This document shows positions 1-10,225 of a stretch of 64,000 nt of DNA, in pieces. The position numbers and the translations under genes are program-made. A model generated the notes under the pieces. It made no database searches. It was given only the letters and a program-made list of their open reading frames with translations, and was not told the origin of the DNA. Source of the stretch: Candidatus Latescibacterota bacterium. Its GTDB lineage: Bacteria > Latescibacterota > UBA2968 > GCA-2709665. Numbering within the stretch: the stretch's first letter is position 1; the number at the start of each line of letters is the position of its first letter. The DNA lies in NCBI GenBank assembly GCA_963667175.2, contig CAXXXF010000015.1, forward strand, positions 800,001 to 864,000, in the 5' to 3' direction.

Positions 1-77
1 TCCAGCTCATCGGCCTCACGCTGGTCATCGTCGTTCCCGAAGTGGCCACGTGGCTGCCCCGATACCTGGCGTCGTGA
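1..77 (+). CDS. dctM: 3' end of TRAP transporter large permease (partial)
   Basis: The frame from nt 3 reads QLIGLTLVIVVPEVATWLPRYLAS*, a typical DctM C-terminus (P.IATWLP). It lies next to a DctP gene. Confidence 0.65.
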   Translation, partial: QLIGLTLVIVVPEVATWLPRYLAS

Positions 78-364
78 TCGAAAACAAGAAACAGGGACGC
101 GTCTTTCGCGCATCCCTGTCTGACAAGACTGCCGTGTTCTGATCGGCTAACCTCAATTCGAAAAAAGATAACCGTAAAATCAACGACAAAAAGCACAAAA
201 GGCACAAAGGGTATCGGCGCCAAACGGGGCGTGGAAGTCGTCCAAAGTGATGTTTTCTCCGTTCACGTCCAGTGACCTGAAGGTTCCTGGAAATCCGACG
301 TCAAATCGCCTTTATTTTCTTGCGTATATTCGAATTTACGTTTCCGAAAAATGACGAATCGAGG

Positions 365-1486
365 CTAACCGCCTATCGCGGAATAATAGAGTTTCTCCGA
401 AAGCCCGGCCCACGGGTCGATGTTCTTCCGGAACCCGTCGAAAGAAGCATAGACCTTTTTGCTCATCGGATCGGCTTCGGCCACCTCTTCTTCAACTTCC
501 TGCGAGTACCGGCGCAACGTCTTGAGGACCTCGTCCGAAAACCGTCGCAACTCAACATTGTGTTCTTTCGTGAGCTTCTGCAGATAAATGCTGTTCTTGG
601 CCTCGAATTCGGAAAGCATCCAGGCGTTGGACCGGGCGGCGGCCGCCTGCACGATCTGTTGAAGGTCGTTTGGCAACTGCTCAAACGCGAGCCGGTTGAC
701 GATCAGTTCAAGCGAGGTCCCCGGCTCGTGCCATCCCGGATAATAGTAATATTTCGCGGCTCGGAAGAATCCCATCAGAAAGTCGTGGTAGGGTCCGATC
801 CATTCGGTAGCATCGATCACGCCGCGTTCCAGGTTGGTGTAGATTTCACCTCCGGCCGAAAGCACGGCTGATCCGCCGGCCCTGGCGATCACCTTGCCGC
901 CGAGGCCGGGTATTCGCATTTTCAGGCCTTGAAAGTCGGATATACTGTCCATTTCCCGGTTGAACCAGCCGCCCATCTGGACTCCGGTATTGCCGACGGG
1001 CATCGCGATCAGGTTGAACGGGGCATACAGTTCCTGCCAGAGCTCCAGCCCGCCGCCGCTGTAGATCCAGGCGTTGAGCTGCTGTCCGTTCATGCCGAAC
1101 GGCACCGCCGCGAAAAACTGGGTTGCCGGCGCTTTGCCGGCCCAATAATACGCGGCGCCGTGGCACATCTCAACCGTGCCCTGGTTGGCGGCATCGAAAC
1201 CTTCGAGCGGAGGAATCAACTCGCCGCCGCCGTAAACGGTAATTTTCAGCTGGCCGCCCGACATCTCGTCAATCCATTTGGCCAGCAGGTCCGCGCCTTC
1301 GCCGAGAATGGGAAAATGCGGCGGCCAGGTGGTTACCATCTTCCATTCGAACTTCCTTCCGGTCTGCACGGCGGGCGCGTCGGTCTTATCTCGTGAGGCG
1401 GGGCTGCAGCCCGCCATCGCCGCAACGCCGCCGGCAATCCCGACGGAGGCTTTCTTGAGAAAATCGCGTCGTTCGAACTTCTCCAT
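365..1486 (-). CDS. dctP: TRAP transporter solute-binding protein (DctP/TakP-like), Tat lipoprotein signal
   Basis: Start MEKFERRDFLK (twin-arginine) followed by AMAGC. Motifs WKMVTTWP, LKMRIPGLG, GEIYTNLERGVIDATEW, YYYPGWHEPG. Confidence 0.9.
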   Translation of the reverse strand: MEKFERRDFLKKASVGIAGGVAAMAGCSPASRDKTDAPAVQTGRKFEWKMVTTWPPHFPILGEGADLLAKWIDEMSGGQLKITVYGGGELIPPLEGFDAANQGTVEMCHGAAYYWAGKAPATQFFAAVPFGMNGQQLNAWIYSGGGLELWQELYAPFNLIAMPVGNTGVQMGGWFNREMDSISDFQGLKMRIPGLGGKVIARAGGSAVLSAGGEIYTNLERGVIDATEWIGPYHDFLMGFFRAAKYYYYPGWHEPGTSLELIVNRLAFEQLPNDLQQIVQAAAARSNAWMLSEFEAKNSIYLQKLTKEHNVELRRFSDEVLKTLRRYSQEVEEEVAEADPMSKKVYASFDGFRKNIDPWAGLSEKLYYSAIGG

Positions 1487-1585
1487 ACAGTTCCTCCACA
1501 CGCAAATCCCGGTGATCACGCAAAGCGCTTGCCGATCAACGGAACAAGGTAGGCCGCTTAAACACCGATGGCAAGAAGAATGAGA

Positions 1586-1622
1586 ACCCCCGTATTCCTC
1601 CTTTGGAGGCCGGGGGTGGGGA
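1586..1622. repeat. REP-like GC-rich hairpin upstream of polA
   Basis: cccc..cctcctttggaggccgggggtgggg resembles the hairpins at 35138-35170 and 48374-48410. Confidence 0.35.
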
Positions 1623-1629
1623 GAAAGCA

Positions 1630-4365
1630 ATGAGCGAACCAGAGAAAAAGCTTTACCTGCTGGACGGAATGGCGCTGGTTTACCGGGCCCATTTCTCCAT
1701 GATTCGCAACCCGCGAATGTCCTCTACAGGCCTGAATACGTCGACGGTATTCGTGCTCACGAACACCCTGCTGGACATTCTGAACAATGCGGATCCCAGC
1801 CATATCGGCGTTGTATTCGACACGCCCGAGCCAACCCACCGGCACAGGATGTTTCCCGAATACAAGGCCCAGCGCGAGGCCATGCCCGAGGATCTCAGCG
1901 CGGCGCTACCCTACGTCTTTCGCCTGTGCGAAGCGTTCAACCTGCCCGTTGTCAGGGTACCCGGATGGGAAGCGGACGACGTGATCGGAACGCTGGCCAA
2001 ACAGGCAGAAACGGCGGGGTTTACAACCTATATGGTCACACCCGACAAGGACTACGGCCAACTGGTCTCGGACCGCACCTTCGTCTGCAAACCGGGTCGC
2101 ACCGGCGACGTCGAAAACCAGGGAGTCAACGAAATTCTGGAGAAGTGGCAGATCGAACGCGTGGAACAGGTCATCGATATCCTGGGCCTGATGGGCGACA
2201 GTTCGGACAACGTGCCCGGCGTGCCGGGCGTGGGTGAAAAAACCGCCCAGAAACTCATCGGAAAGTATGGAAGCATAGAGAACCTGCTCGACCATACGCA
2301 CGAACTCAAGGGAAAACAGAAGGAACGCATTGAAGAAAACCGCGAACAGGCGCTGCTTTCCAAGAAACTGGTCACAATAGAGCGCGACGTGGTGCTGGAA
2401 GTAAAGCCCGATGACCTGGAACGTGTCAATTGGGACGAGGCGAAATTGCAGGCGCTGTTTGTCGAGCTTGAGTTCAATACCCTCGGCCAGCGACTGTTCG
2501 GCGACTCGTTCAAGGCGGGTCCCACAGCCGCAACCGACGAGGTCGGAGGAGACGTCCGCACGATCGAGGACGTGGAGCACGAATACAAGCTGGTGGATAC
2601 CGCGGAGTCGCGAAGAGAACTCATCGACGCGCTGAGTCAGCAGAAGGCCTTCTGTTTCGACGTCGAAACCACGGGCCTGAACCCCAGGAAGTGCGATTTG
2701 ATCGGCCTCGCCTTTTCCTACGAAGCGCACACGGGATTCTATGCGCCATTGCCCGACGTGCCTGAAGAGGCGCTCGAAATCCTGGAGACGTTTCGTCCCG
2801 TCCTGGAGGATCCGGAAATCGAGAAGATCGGCCACCACCTTAAATTCGATCTGAGCGTATTGCGCTGGAAGGGATTTCGGGTCAACGGGCCTCTGTTCGA
2901 CACCATGCTTGCCGCTTATCTGGCCGCGCCGGACCTTCGCCGCACCATGGACTATCTCTCCGAAGCGCTGTTGGGATATCGCCCCATACCAATTTCCGAC
3001 CTCATCGGCGAAAAAGGCGAGGACCAGCTGAGCCTGCCGGACGTTCCGCTGGACCAGGTAACCACGTATGCGGCTGAGGATGCGGACGTAACCCTTCAAC
3101 TGAGCGAAGTCCTGAGGTCCATGCTCGAAGATATGGGGCAGGTGCGCGTGTTCCGGGACGTGGAATGTCCGCTCATCCCCGCCCTGGTCGAAATGGAACG
3201 CGAAGGCATCCGGTGTGAAGCCGGGGCGCTTCGAGATTTGTCCGACGGGCTCTCGGGAGAAATCGATCGGGCCAGGGAGCAGATTTTCCAACTTGCAGGA
3301 GAACAATTCGATCTCAACTCGCCCAGGCAACTGGGCGACGTCCTGTTCGACAAACTGAAACTCGACCCGAACGCGCGCCGGACGGCCAGGACCAAACAGT
3401 ACCAGACCACGGAACAGGTCCTGCGGCGGCTGGCGTACAAGCACCAAATCGTGGAACAGGTGATGTTTTACCGGATGTGCGCCAAATTGAAATCCACCTA
3501 CGTCGACCAGTTGCCGGGTTCGATTTTCAAACCCACGGGCCGAATCCATACCAACTACGAGGCGGCGGTTACCGCGACCGGCCGTCTGCAGTCTAACGGT
3601 CCGAATATGCAGAATATCCCCATCCGCACCGAAATGGGCCGGGAGATCCGAAAGGCCTTCGTGCCGCGCGATGAAAGCCACGTGCTGCTTGCCGCCGACT
3701 ACTCCCAGATCGAACTCCGCGTTGCCGCCGAACTCAGCGGGGACGAAGCGCTCACGGAGGTTTTCAGGCAGGGCGGCGACGTCCACACGGCGACCGCTGA
3801 AAAAATCTACGGCATCGAAGAGGCTACCGAAGATATGCGGCGCCACGCGAAAACCGTCAACTTCGGCATTATCTACGGCATCTCGGCGTTCGGCCTCGCC
3901 GAACGCCTGGACATCACCCGAAAGCAGGCGGGCGAACTCATCGCCAATTACTTCGATCAGTTTCCCGGCATCCGGACCTACATGGACGAGACCATCGAGT
4001 TCGCCCGGGAAAACGGATACGTGGAGACGGTCACCGGTCGCCGCCGCTATCTGCGGGATATCAACTCGCGCAACGCCACCACCCGGAAGGGGGAAGAGCG
4101 AAACGCCATCAACTCGCGAATCCAGGGCACGGCCGCGGACATGATCAAACTCGCGATGAGCCATATCCATCGCGAGATTCTGGAACGTGACCTCAGATCC
4201 CGTATGCTGCTTCAGGTTCACGACGAACTGGTCTTCGATATGCGCCTGGACGAAGCGGATATCCTCCCGACCATCGTCGAAGACGCGATGAAATCCGCCA
4301 TTCCGATGCGGGTTCCCATCGTCGTGGAAATGGGCACGGGGACGAACTGGCTGGACGCGCATTGA
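1630..4365 (+). CDS. polA: DNA polymerase I
   Basis: 5'-3' exonuclease (LLDGMALVYRAH, EADDVIG, GDSSDNVPGVPGVGEKTA), 3'-5' exonuclease (FDVETTGL), polymerase motifs (ADYSQIELR, AKTVNFGIIYG, LLQVHDELVF). Confidence 0.98.
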   Translation: MSEPEKKLYLLDGMALVYRAHFSMIRNPRMSSTGLNTSTVFVLTNTLLDILNNADPSHIGVVFDTPEPTHRHRMFPEYKAQREAMPEDLSAALPYVFRLCEAFNLPVVRVPGWEADDVIGTLAKQAETAGFTTYMVTPDKDYGQLVSDRTFVCKPGRTGDVENQGVNEILEKWQIERVEQVIDILGLMGDSSDNVPGVPGVGEKTAQKLIGKYGSIENLLDHTHELKGKQKERIEENREQALLSKKLVTIERDVVLEVKPDDLERVNWDEAKLQALFVELEFNTLGQRLFGDSFKAGPTAATDEVGGDVRTIEDVEHEYKLVDTAESRRELIDALSQQKAFCFDVETTGLNPRKCDLIGLAFSYEAHTGFYAPLPDVPEEALEILETFRPVLEDPEIEKIGHHLKFDLSVLRWKGFRVNGPLFDTMLAAYLAAPDLRRTMDYLSEALLGYRPIPISDLIGEKGEDQLSLPDVPLDQVTTYAAEDADVTLQLSEVLRSMLEDMGQVRVFRDVECPLIPALVEMEREGIRCEAGALRDLSDGLSGEIDRAREQIFQLAGEQFDLNSPRQLGDVLFDKLKLDPNARRTARTKQYQTTEQVLRRLAYKHQIVEQVMFYRMCAKLKSTYVDQLPGSIFKPTGRIHTNYEAAVTATGRLQSNGPNMQNIPIRTEMGREIRKAFVPRDESHVLLAADYSQIELRVAAELSGDEALTEVFRQGGDVHTATAEKIYGIEEATEDMRRHAKTVNFGIIYGISAFGLAERLDITRKQAGELIANYFDQFPGIRTYMDETIEFARENGYVETVTGRRRYLRDINSRNATTRKGEERNAINSRIQGTAADMIKLAMSHIHREILERDLRSRMLLQVHDELVFDMRLDEADILPTIVEDAMKSAIPMRVPIVVEMGTGTNWLDAH

Positions 4366-4414
4366 TTCGTGGCACGGGCGACAGATTGCCGCCACCGTCT
4401 ACGGGGAAGACGCC

Positions 4415-7400
4415 ATGCGAAACGAAAAAGTGACCGATGTCATCGAATCGGCGATCAAGAAAACAGCAGAGATGAATCCACAGGAGACCGACGGCGAATG
4501 GCTTGAAGTCGTCACTGTGGAGTCCGGTCCATACATCAAAGAGTGGGACATCTCAGCGTGCTGGCATTGGGACGACTGGCCGGATCGAGAGACTCATTTC
4601 CCGATCACGACCAAATTGGACGTGGGGATCGACGCCGTAGCCGTGCGTCGCGGCGACGGAAAGCACGTTGCAATCCAGTGCAAGTCGCGCCGGCTTGATG
4701 ACCAGGGACGCGGTACCTCAATCAACAGCAACGAGATCGCCAAGTTTGCGGCTGCGTCCGCAGCGGATTTCTGGGCAGAACGCTGGGTGGTCACCAACGG
4801 AGACAATCCACTTGCCAGCGGTGCAGTGCAGTCGGCTTCGATGAGCGAGAAGCCGCTCAAACTGGTCAACGTCACGAACGACTTGCACCAGCAGCGGCGG
4901 TCCGATGGCGCATCTGAGACGTGCGAGCACCGCACGATTCCGGATAATGAGGATGCGATTCAAACGAAATCCTGCATGCAAAACGAAGCCGTCGCCAACA
5001 GCGTCCGCATACTCAAAGAGCAGGAACGCTCTGAGAGCGGAGGACGTCCGCTCGGCGAGGCCCGCGGAAGAATCATCCTGCCCTGCGGAACGGGGAAGAC
5101 TCGCATCTCGCTCCGGATCATAGAAGAACTGACGCCTCCGGGCGAACTGTCCATCGTGCTGTGTCCGTCCATCGCGCTCGTAACCCAGATAAGGCGCGAA
5201 TATCTGCAATACTCCGTGGTTCCGTTAGACGTGCTTGCGGTCTGCTCGGACGTTACGGCGGGCTACGACCCCAGGAAGGAGGGCAAGCGCAACGCGACGC
5301 TCGACCCTACGGTCGATAACAGCAATGTCAGCGCGTCCGAAGTGAAGGGCAGGGTAACCACCGACGCCGGAGAAATAGCCGATTGGATGCGCCAGAGCGC
5401 CGTCGACAGCGGAATCAAGGTTCTCATTGGGACATACCAGAGCAGCGGCAGGGTATCGGAAGCCCTGCTGAGCGCCGGTGTCAGAGCGCGCGTGATGATT
5501 GCTGACGAAGCGCACAGAACGGCGGGACTGAAGCGCAAGAACTCCAGATCCACTGCCGCCAATGAAGAAGAAAAGCGTCTTCGCGACTTCACTGTCTGCC
5601 ACAACAGCAACAGGTTTCCCGCAACCTATCGCGTCTATCAGACTGCAACTCCGCGCATTTATGACGGCAAGCGCGCCATCGGCAATCCGAACTGGATCGT
5701 CCGCTCGATGGACGACGAGACCACGTTCGGCGTCGAACTGTACCGCAAAAGCTACCTCGAAGCCGTCCGCAACCGTTGGCTGTCTGACTACCGCATCATT
5801 GCGATGGGCATCAACGACCCGGAGGCGTTCGAGACCGCGAATATTCTGGCCAAGAACACGATGAGCAAAGGACGCGGCAAGCTAACGACCGCGGACTACC
5901 TGCGCGGCCTGGCGTACGCTCTCACCATGGGCGGAGCGACCCAGGGGGATAATGTGGACATCAGGTCGTGCATTGCCTTCATGAACACGGTGGACAAGTC
6001 CAGAAACATGGCGGCAGACCTTCAGACCGAAAAGGTAAAGGAATGGGTCTCCCGGTGGCTCGTCGAGAACGCGGATGGCAGGGTTGTGTCTGATTACAGC
6101 CTCGAACACCTGGACGCTTCCAGCAGCGCCGCGGCACGCGAAACCGCGAAGGAACGGCTCGCTTCTGGCGATTTGGAGAACCCGCACGGCATCATCAATG
6201 TGGGCATCTTCGGAGAGGGCACCGATTCGCCGTCATTAAGCGCGGTGGCGTTTCTGGAAGCCCGTAAAAGTCCCATCGACGTCGTGCAAGCCGTCGGAAG
6301 GGCGATGCGAACCGCCCCCGACAAAGAGCTGGGCTACATTGTCTGCCCCATTCTGATTCCTCCGACTGCCGACCCCGAAAAATGGCTGAGCAACAGCGAC
6401 TCCGAGGAAGGTTGGCAGGAGCTTGGGCAGATTCTCCTGGCGTTGCGCGCCCACGACCAGCGCATCGAGGAGAACCTTGAGGAACTCCTGCAACTGTACA
6501 TCCCCAAGCCGCCGCCGGTTGAGCGCACTCTGGTGGCGGTTGCCACCGGTGAGGGCAATCGCATCCAGTACGGCGAAGTCGAGGGACCGCCCGGCGCGGC
6601 GCAGGAAGCGGTCGAACAGGTGTTGAAAGGCAAGACCCGCGCCGAGTCCGGAATACGACGCATAAGCGAAACGCCTGTCAATTTCCGGGCACAGGACAGC
6701 GCCAATTCCGCATCCGGATTGCCACGTATAAGCGAAGAACCGGTCGATTACCGTGCAGTGGAGATAACGCAGGTCTTGACAGGGAAAAAAAACGACGACG
6801 GTAGTATTGAGCTCCGCTCGGACTCCGTCGACCGAGACAAACCGAAAACTGGCGATGCGCGGGGCGTCGTGAACATACAGAAAACCAAAGCCAGGGCTCG
6901 GAAGATGATTAATACCGGCGAGGGCGGCACTCGCGTTCCGCCGGGCAGTCATCGGAAGTCCCGCAAGTCCGCCAAAGAGCGAGCAGAGGAAAAAGGACAG
7001 TTGATGCTCAAGTTGAGCGGGCTGGAAGCGCACGGCAGGGCCATCAAGATGAACCTTCTGGCGAAGTCCGGGCTGAGCGAAAATCGCGTGATGCGCGATC
7101 TGAACATACTGGAAGGGAGCGTCACCGAAGCTGCGTACCACATGCGCGCCGACGAACTGTTGCATGCGCTGAACCAGCACTTTGGACTGGACAGGCTCAA
7201 GAAGACGGATAAGAAGCATGCGGACGGATGCACGGTAGCCGCTCTTCTGATGATGAACGCCGCCATGCTGCACCAGCGTATAGCGAATGGCGGCTGGCTC
7301 TCGGGTATCAGCGATCTGTCGATCATCAAGAACGAAGTGAATGTCGTTCGGAAGATGAGCCGCGAATGGGAGCGCATCATGCGCCATGACTTCCGTCCGG

Positions 7401-9736
7401 TGCTTGAACCCGCGCTGGAAGCCATCTACGCGATAGAGACAACGGGTAAGACCGCCGGTCTGGAACGCGCCTTGCATCACCTCGCCGCCGAAGCCGAGCG
7501 CATCGCCGAGTCATACGCGGATATGGGCGCCGACCACGCGGGACCGCTATTCAACCGTGTCATGGGCAACCAGGCGTCGGATGGCGCGTTTTTCACCAGG
7601 CCAGTCGCCGCGTCGCTCGCTGCGCGTCTGACGCTGGACGTCTGCGGAGACCTGGACTGGTCAGACCCACGAGTATGGCGGGAGCACAAGACCGTCGATC
7701 TGGCGTGCGGCAGCGGCACGCTGCTTGCCGCAATGCTGACCGACATGAAGGGCCGTGCGGCGGAGAGGGACGCCAACGCGGAAATCCTGACCCAGCTTCA
7801 GAAGTTGGCGGTTGAGGATGTCATAAAAGGATTGGACATTAACCCCGTTTCTCTCCAGCTCGCCGCGTCCCAACTGACGGCGGGCAATCATAGAGTCAGC
7901 TACCGTAGAATGGGACTTCACCAGATGCCCTACGGCCCCGACAGGGACAATCCCGGCAGGATGTCGGTCGGAACGCTTGAACTGCTTGGGCAGAAGTCGA
8001 TTGTTAGCAGAGAAGGCGAACTGGACCTGGACGACGACGCAATCGGCTCGCAGGCCACCTGGGCGTCAGCCGACGACACGGACCTTGAGGACGCGGTTGA
8101 CGCGGCCAGGGATGCCCGCATCGTCATTATGAACCCGCCGTTCACCAACCGCGCCAACATGGGCGAGAAGTTTCCGAAGGAGACGCAGAAACGACTGCGA
8201 GCCCGCGCGGACTCAATGGAGCAGATACTCATTCAGGCTGACGCGGAACTAACCGAGTTCGTTGATAAGAACTCGATTGCGCCTCTATTTGTTGCCGTGG
8301 CGGATCATAGTCTTGAGCAAAAGAACGGCGTTCTGACTATGGTTCATCCAACAATCGCTCTGAGTAATCCGTCAGGGCTTGAAGAACGCCGCATCCTCGC
8401 ACAGCGCTTCCATGTCCACACCGTGTTAACCTCCCACCAGCCTCTTAATATTAACATGAGCCAGCATACGAGCATCAACGAGAGCATCGTGGTGATGCGG
8501 CGACATGCTCGTGACAAACCGCCGACGCGGTTCATCAATCTTGACAGGATGCCGGTGGACGATGGCGAGGTTGCCGATTTTCATCGATGTCTGCTGGACT
8601 GCGAGGAAGGTCTTATAGCGAACGGATGGGGCGATGTGTCGTTCTGGCCTGCCGAGCGCATCGAGGCCGGCGATTGGACGCCCGCGATATGGCGTTCTCC
8701 TGCGCTGGCGGAAGCGGCGTCTGAATTTGCCAACCATCCAGAACTACATACTATCGGAAAGTGCATGGGTTGGACGACACATGAAGCCATGCGTAGATTG
8801 TATGAAAACTTTGAGAAGTCAACAGAGGACAATTCTGAGAGCATCCCAGTGTTGGAGTCAAAAGGAGCTGATGGTCAAGAAACGATAGCAAGTGTTCCTG
8901 ATGGCTATTGGATTCCCAAGCAAGGCCGGAAACGGCAAGCAGCACATTACGTTGGATGGGCATCGCATCTGTTAGTAACTTCTGGACAACGAAACAATAC
9001 GGCTCGATTAACTGCGAGTGCAAGTGACAATAGGTATTTGGGAATTGGATGGTCTCCTGTGGTTGGGCCATCCATAAACGAGGCAAAGGCTGTTTCAGTA
9101 TTCATCAACTCAACACCGGGACGGTTGCAACTTATGCGAGGCCCAGGTCAGACCATCGAATTCCCCACTTACAAACCCCGGACTATAGAAAGCCTCAAAG
9201 TACCCGATATCAAGGACGACCTCATACGCGGCATTCTGGCCGGCTGCTGGGAACGCACGAAGGACATGGAGGTGCCACAGTTTCGCGACGGCGAATGCGA
9301 AGTGCGGCGGCTGTGGGACGAAGCCGTAGCCGACGCGATGGGCTGGGACGCTACCGAGCTAACTCGCCTCCGCCTGCTGTTGCACCAGGAGCCGCATGTG
9401 CGTGGTCTGGGATACGGGCAATTCGCCGACGAAGTCGACATTGAGCCGGCCGATCATGAGCGATTCAATGAACTGGCTGACCAATGGGAAATAGAAACTG
9501 TGCTGCTGTCACGCACCGACCTGATGATCAAACATCCCGCCCACCAAAAAATCATCAGTATGGGTGAGCCGGCAGTACCCCTGATCCTGCAACGGATGAG
9601 ATCACAGGGCGGACACTGGTTTACAGCTCTTCGCGAAATCACCAACGCTAACCCCGTTCAGTTCGCCGACAGAGGCAATGTATCGGCTATGCAGGAGGCC
9701 TGGCTGAAATGGGGCGAAGCCAATGGATACGCCTAG
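4415..9736 (+). CDS. Type ISP-like (LlaGI/LlaBIII-type) restriction-modification enzyme: Mrr-like nuclease + SF2 helicase + N6-adenine MTase + TRD + extra C-terminal domain
   Basis: Nuclease GIDAVA..AIQCK; helicase motifs LPCGTGKT, DEAH, TATP, QAVGRAMR; MTase motif I DLACGSGT and motif IV NPPF; 1773 aa. Confidence 0.88.
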   Translation: MRNEKVTDVIESAIKKTAEMNPQETDGEWLEVVTVESGPYIKEWDISACWHWDDWPDRETHFPITTKLDVGIDAVAVRRGDGKHVAIQCKSRRLDDQGRGTSINSNEIAKFAAASAADFWAERWVVTNGDNPLASGAVQSASMSEKPLKLVNVTNDLHQQRRSDGASETCEHRTIPDNEDAIQTKSCMQNEAVANSVRILKEQERSESGGRPLGEARGRIILPCGTGKTRISLRIIEELTPPGELSIVLCPSIALVTQIRREYLQYSVVPLDVLAVCSDVTAGYDPRKEGKRNATLDPTVDNSNVSASEVKGRVTTDAGEIADWMRQSAVDSGIKVLIGTYQSSGRVSEALLSAGVRARVMIADEAHRTAGLKRKNSRSTAANEEEKRLRDFTVCHNSNRFPATYRVYQTATPRIYDGKRAIGNPNWIVRSMDDETTFGVELYRKSYLEAVRNRWLSDYRIIAMGINDPEAFETANILAKNTMSKGRGKLTTADYLRGLAYALTMGGATQGDNVDIRSCIAFMNTVDKSRNMAADLQTEKVKEWVSRWLVENADGRVVSDYSLEHLDASSSAAARETAKERLASGDLENPHGIINVGIFGEGTDSPSLSAVAFLEARKSPIDVVQAVGRAMRTAPDKELGYIVCPILIPPTADPEKWLSNSDSEEGWQELGQILLALRAHDQRIEENLEELLQLYIPKPPPVERTLVAVATGEGNRIQYGEVEGPPGAAQEAVEQVLKGKTRAESGIRRISETPVNFRAQDSANSASGLPRISEEPVDYRAVEITQVLTGKKNDDGSIELRSDSVDRDKPKTGDARGVVNIQKTKARARKMINTGEGGTRVPPGSHRKSRKSAKERAEEKGQLMLKLSGLEAHGRAIKMNLLAKSGLSENRVMRDLNILEGSVTEAAYHMRADELLHALNQHFGLDRLKKTDKKHADGCTVAALLMMNAAMLHQRIANGGWLSGISDLSIIKNEVNVVRKMSREWERIMRHDFRPVLEPALEAIYAIETTGKTAGLERALHHLAAEAERIAESYADMGADHAGPLFNRVMGNQASDGAFFTRPVAASLAARLTLDVCGDLDWSDPRVWREHKTVDLACGSGTLLAAMLTDMKGRAAERDANAEILTQLQKLAVEDVIKGLDINPVSLQLAASQLTAGNHRVSYRRMGLHQMPYGPDRDNPGRMSVGTLELLGQKSIVSREGELDLDDDAIGSQATWASADDTDLEDAVDAARDARIVIMNPPFTNRANMGEKFPKETQKRLRARADSMEQILIQADAELTEFVDKNSIAPLFVAVADHSLEQKNGVLTMVHPTIALSNPSGLEERRILAQRFHVHTVLTSHQPLNINMSQHTSINESIVVMRRHARDKPPTRFINLDRMPVDDGEVADFHRCLLDCEEGLIANGWGDVSFWPAERIEAGDWTPAIWRSPALAEAASEFANHPELHTIGKCMGWTTHEAMRRLYENFEKSTEDNSESIPVLESKGADGQETIASVPDGYWIPKQGRKRQAAHYVGWASHLLVTSGQRNNTARLTASASDNRYLGIGWSPVVGPSINEAKAVSVFINSTPGRLQLMRGPGQTIEFPTYKPRTIESLKVPDIKDDLIRGILAGCWERTKDMEVPQFRDGECEVRRLWDEAVADAMGWDATELTRLRLLLHQEPHVRGLGYGQFADEVDIEPADHERFNELADQWEIETVLLSRTDLMIKHPAHQKIISMGEPAVPLILQRMRSQGGHWFTALREITNANPVQFADRGNVSAMQEAWLKWGEANGYA

Positions 9737-10175
9737 ATCGGTGCGGTTTCTTGCTCGAGAATTCCACAGGCTATCCTATGAAGGCTTTGAATTCGTCGGA
9801 GAACCCTCCAATCGATACAACTGCATCGCGTACGCCGCCGGTGATACAACTAACCCCTGGAGTCATTACGGAGACGACTACTGGCCCGAGCATGCTACTC
9901 GCTCGGCCGATATCCAGAGCCTCGTGGATGTATTCGCCGGTCTGGGATTTGTGCAATGCCGGGACAGCAGTCTTGAGGACGGCTATGAAAAGGTGGCGTT
10001 GTACGAAAAACAGTGTGAGTGGATGCACGCTGCATTACAGACTCCCAACGGACGCTGGCGCAGCAAAATGGGACAAGGGCCGGTGATTGAACACCTCAGC
10101 CCTGAGTCGCTTTCAGGCGGAATGTACGGCAATCCGACAATCTACATGCGAAGAGCGCTCAACGCTCCGGTATAA
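9723..10175 (+). CDS. DUF7689-like papain-fold protein (putative Cys-His enzyme/toxin)
   Basis: YNCIAYAAG..YWP..EKVALY..HAALQ..GRWRSKMG..IEH..L..YG pattern. Overlaps the RM gene end by 14 nt. Confidence 0.7.
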   Translation: MDTPRSVRFLAREFHRLSYEGFEFVGEPSNRYNCIAYAAGDTTNPWSHYGDDYWPEHATRSADIQSLVDVFAGLGFVQCRDSSLEDGYEKVALYEKQCEWMHAALQTPNGRWRSKMGQGPVIEHLSPESLSGGMYGNPTIYMRRALNAPV

Positions 10176-10225
10176 GCAACCCTGAATCTCAGACGCAGAC
10201 CACAATTTCGTGACGAATCGCCTTT

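Noticed and set aside
1906-4395. 829-aa minus-strand ORF, and similar long antisense ORFs at 48560-50257, 57555-59570, 35409-36836 and 42889-44325 (alternative frame)
   Set aside because: These are shadow ORFs of well-supported genes in high-GC DNA and show no recognisable motifs.
6645-6757. Short duplicated peptide SGIRRISETPVNFRA / SGLPRISEEPVDYRA in the RM enzyme
   Set aside because: The duplication is real but looks like a linker duplication with no evidence of function.
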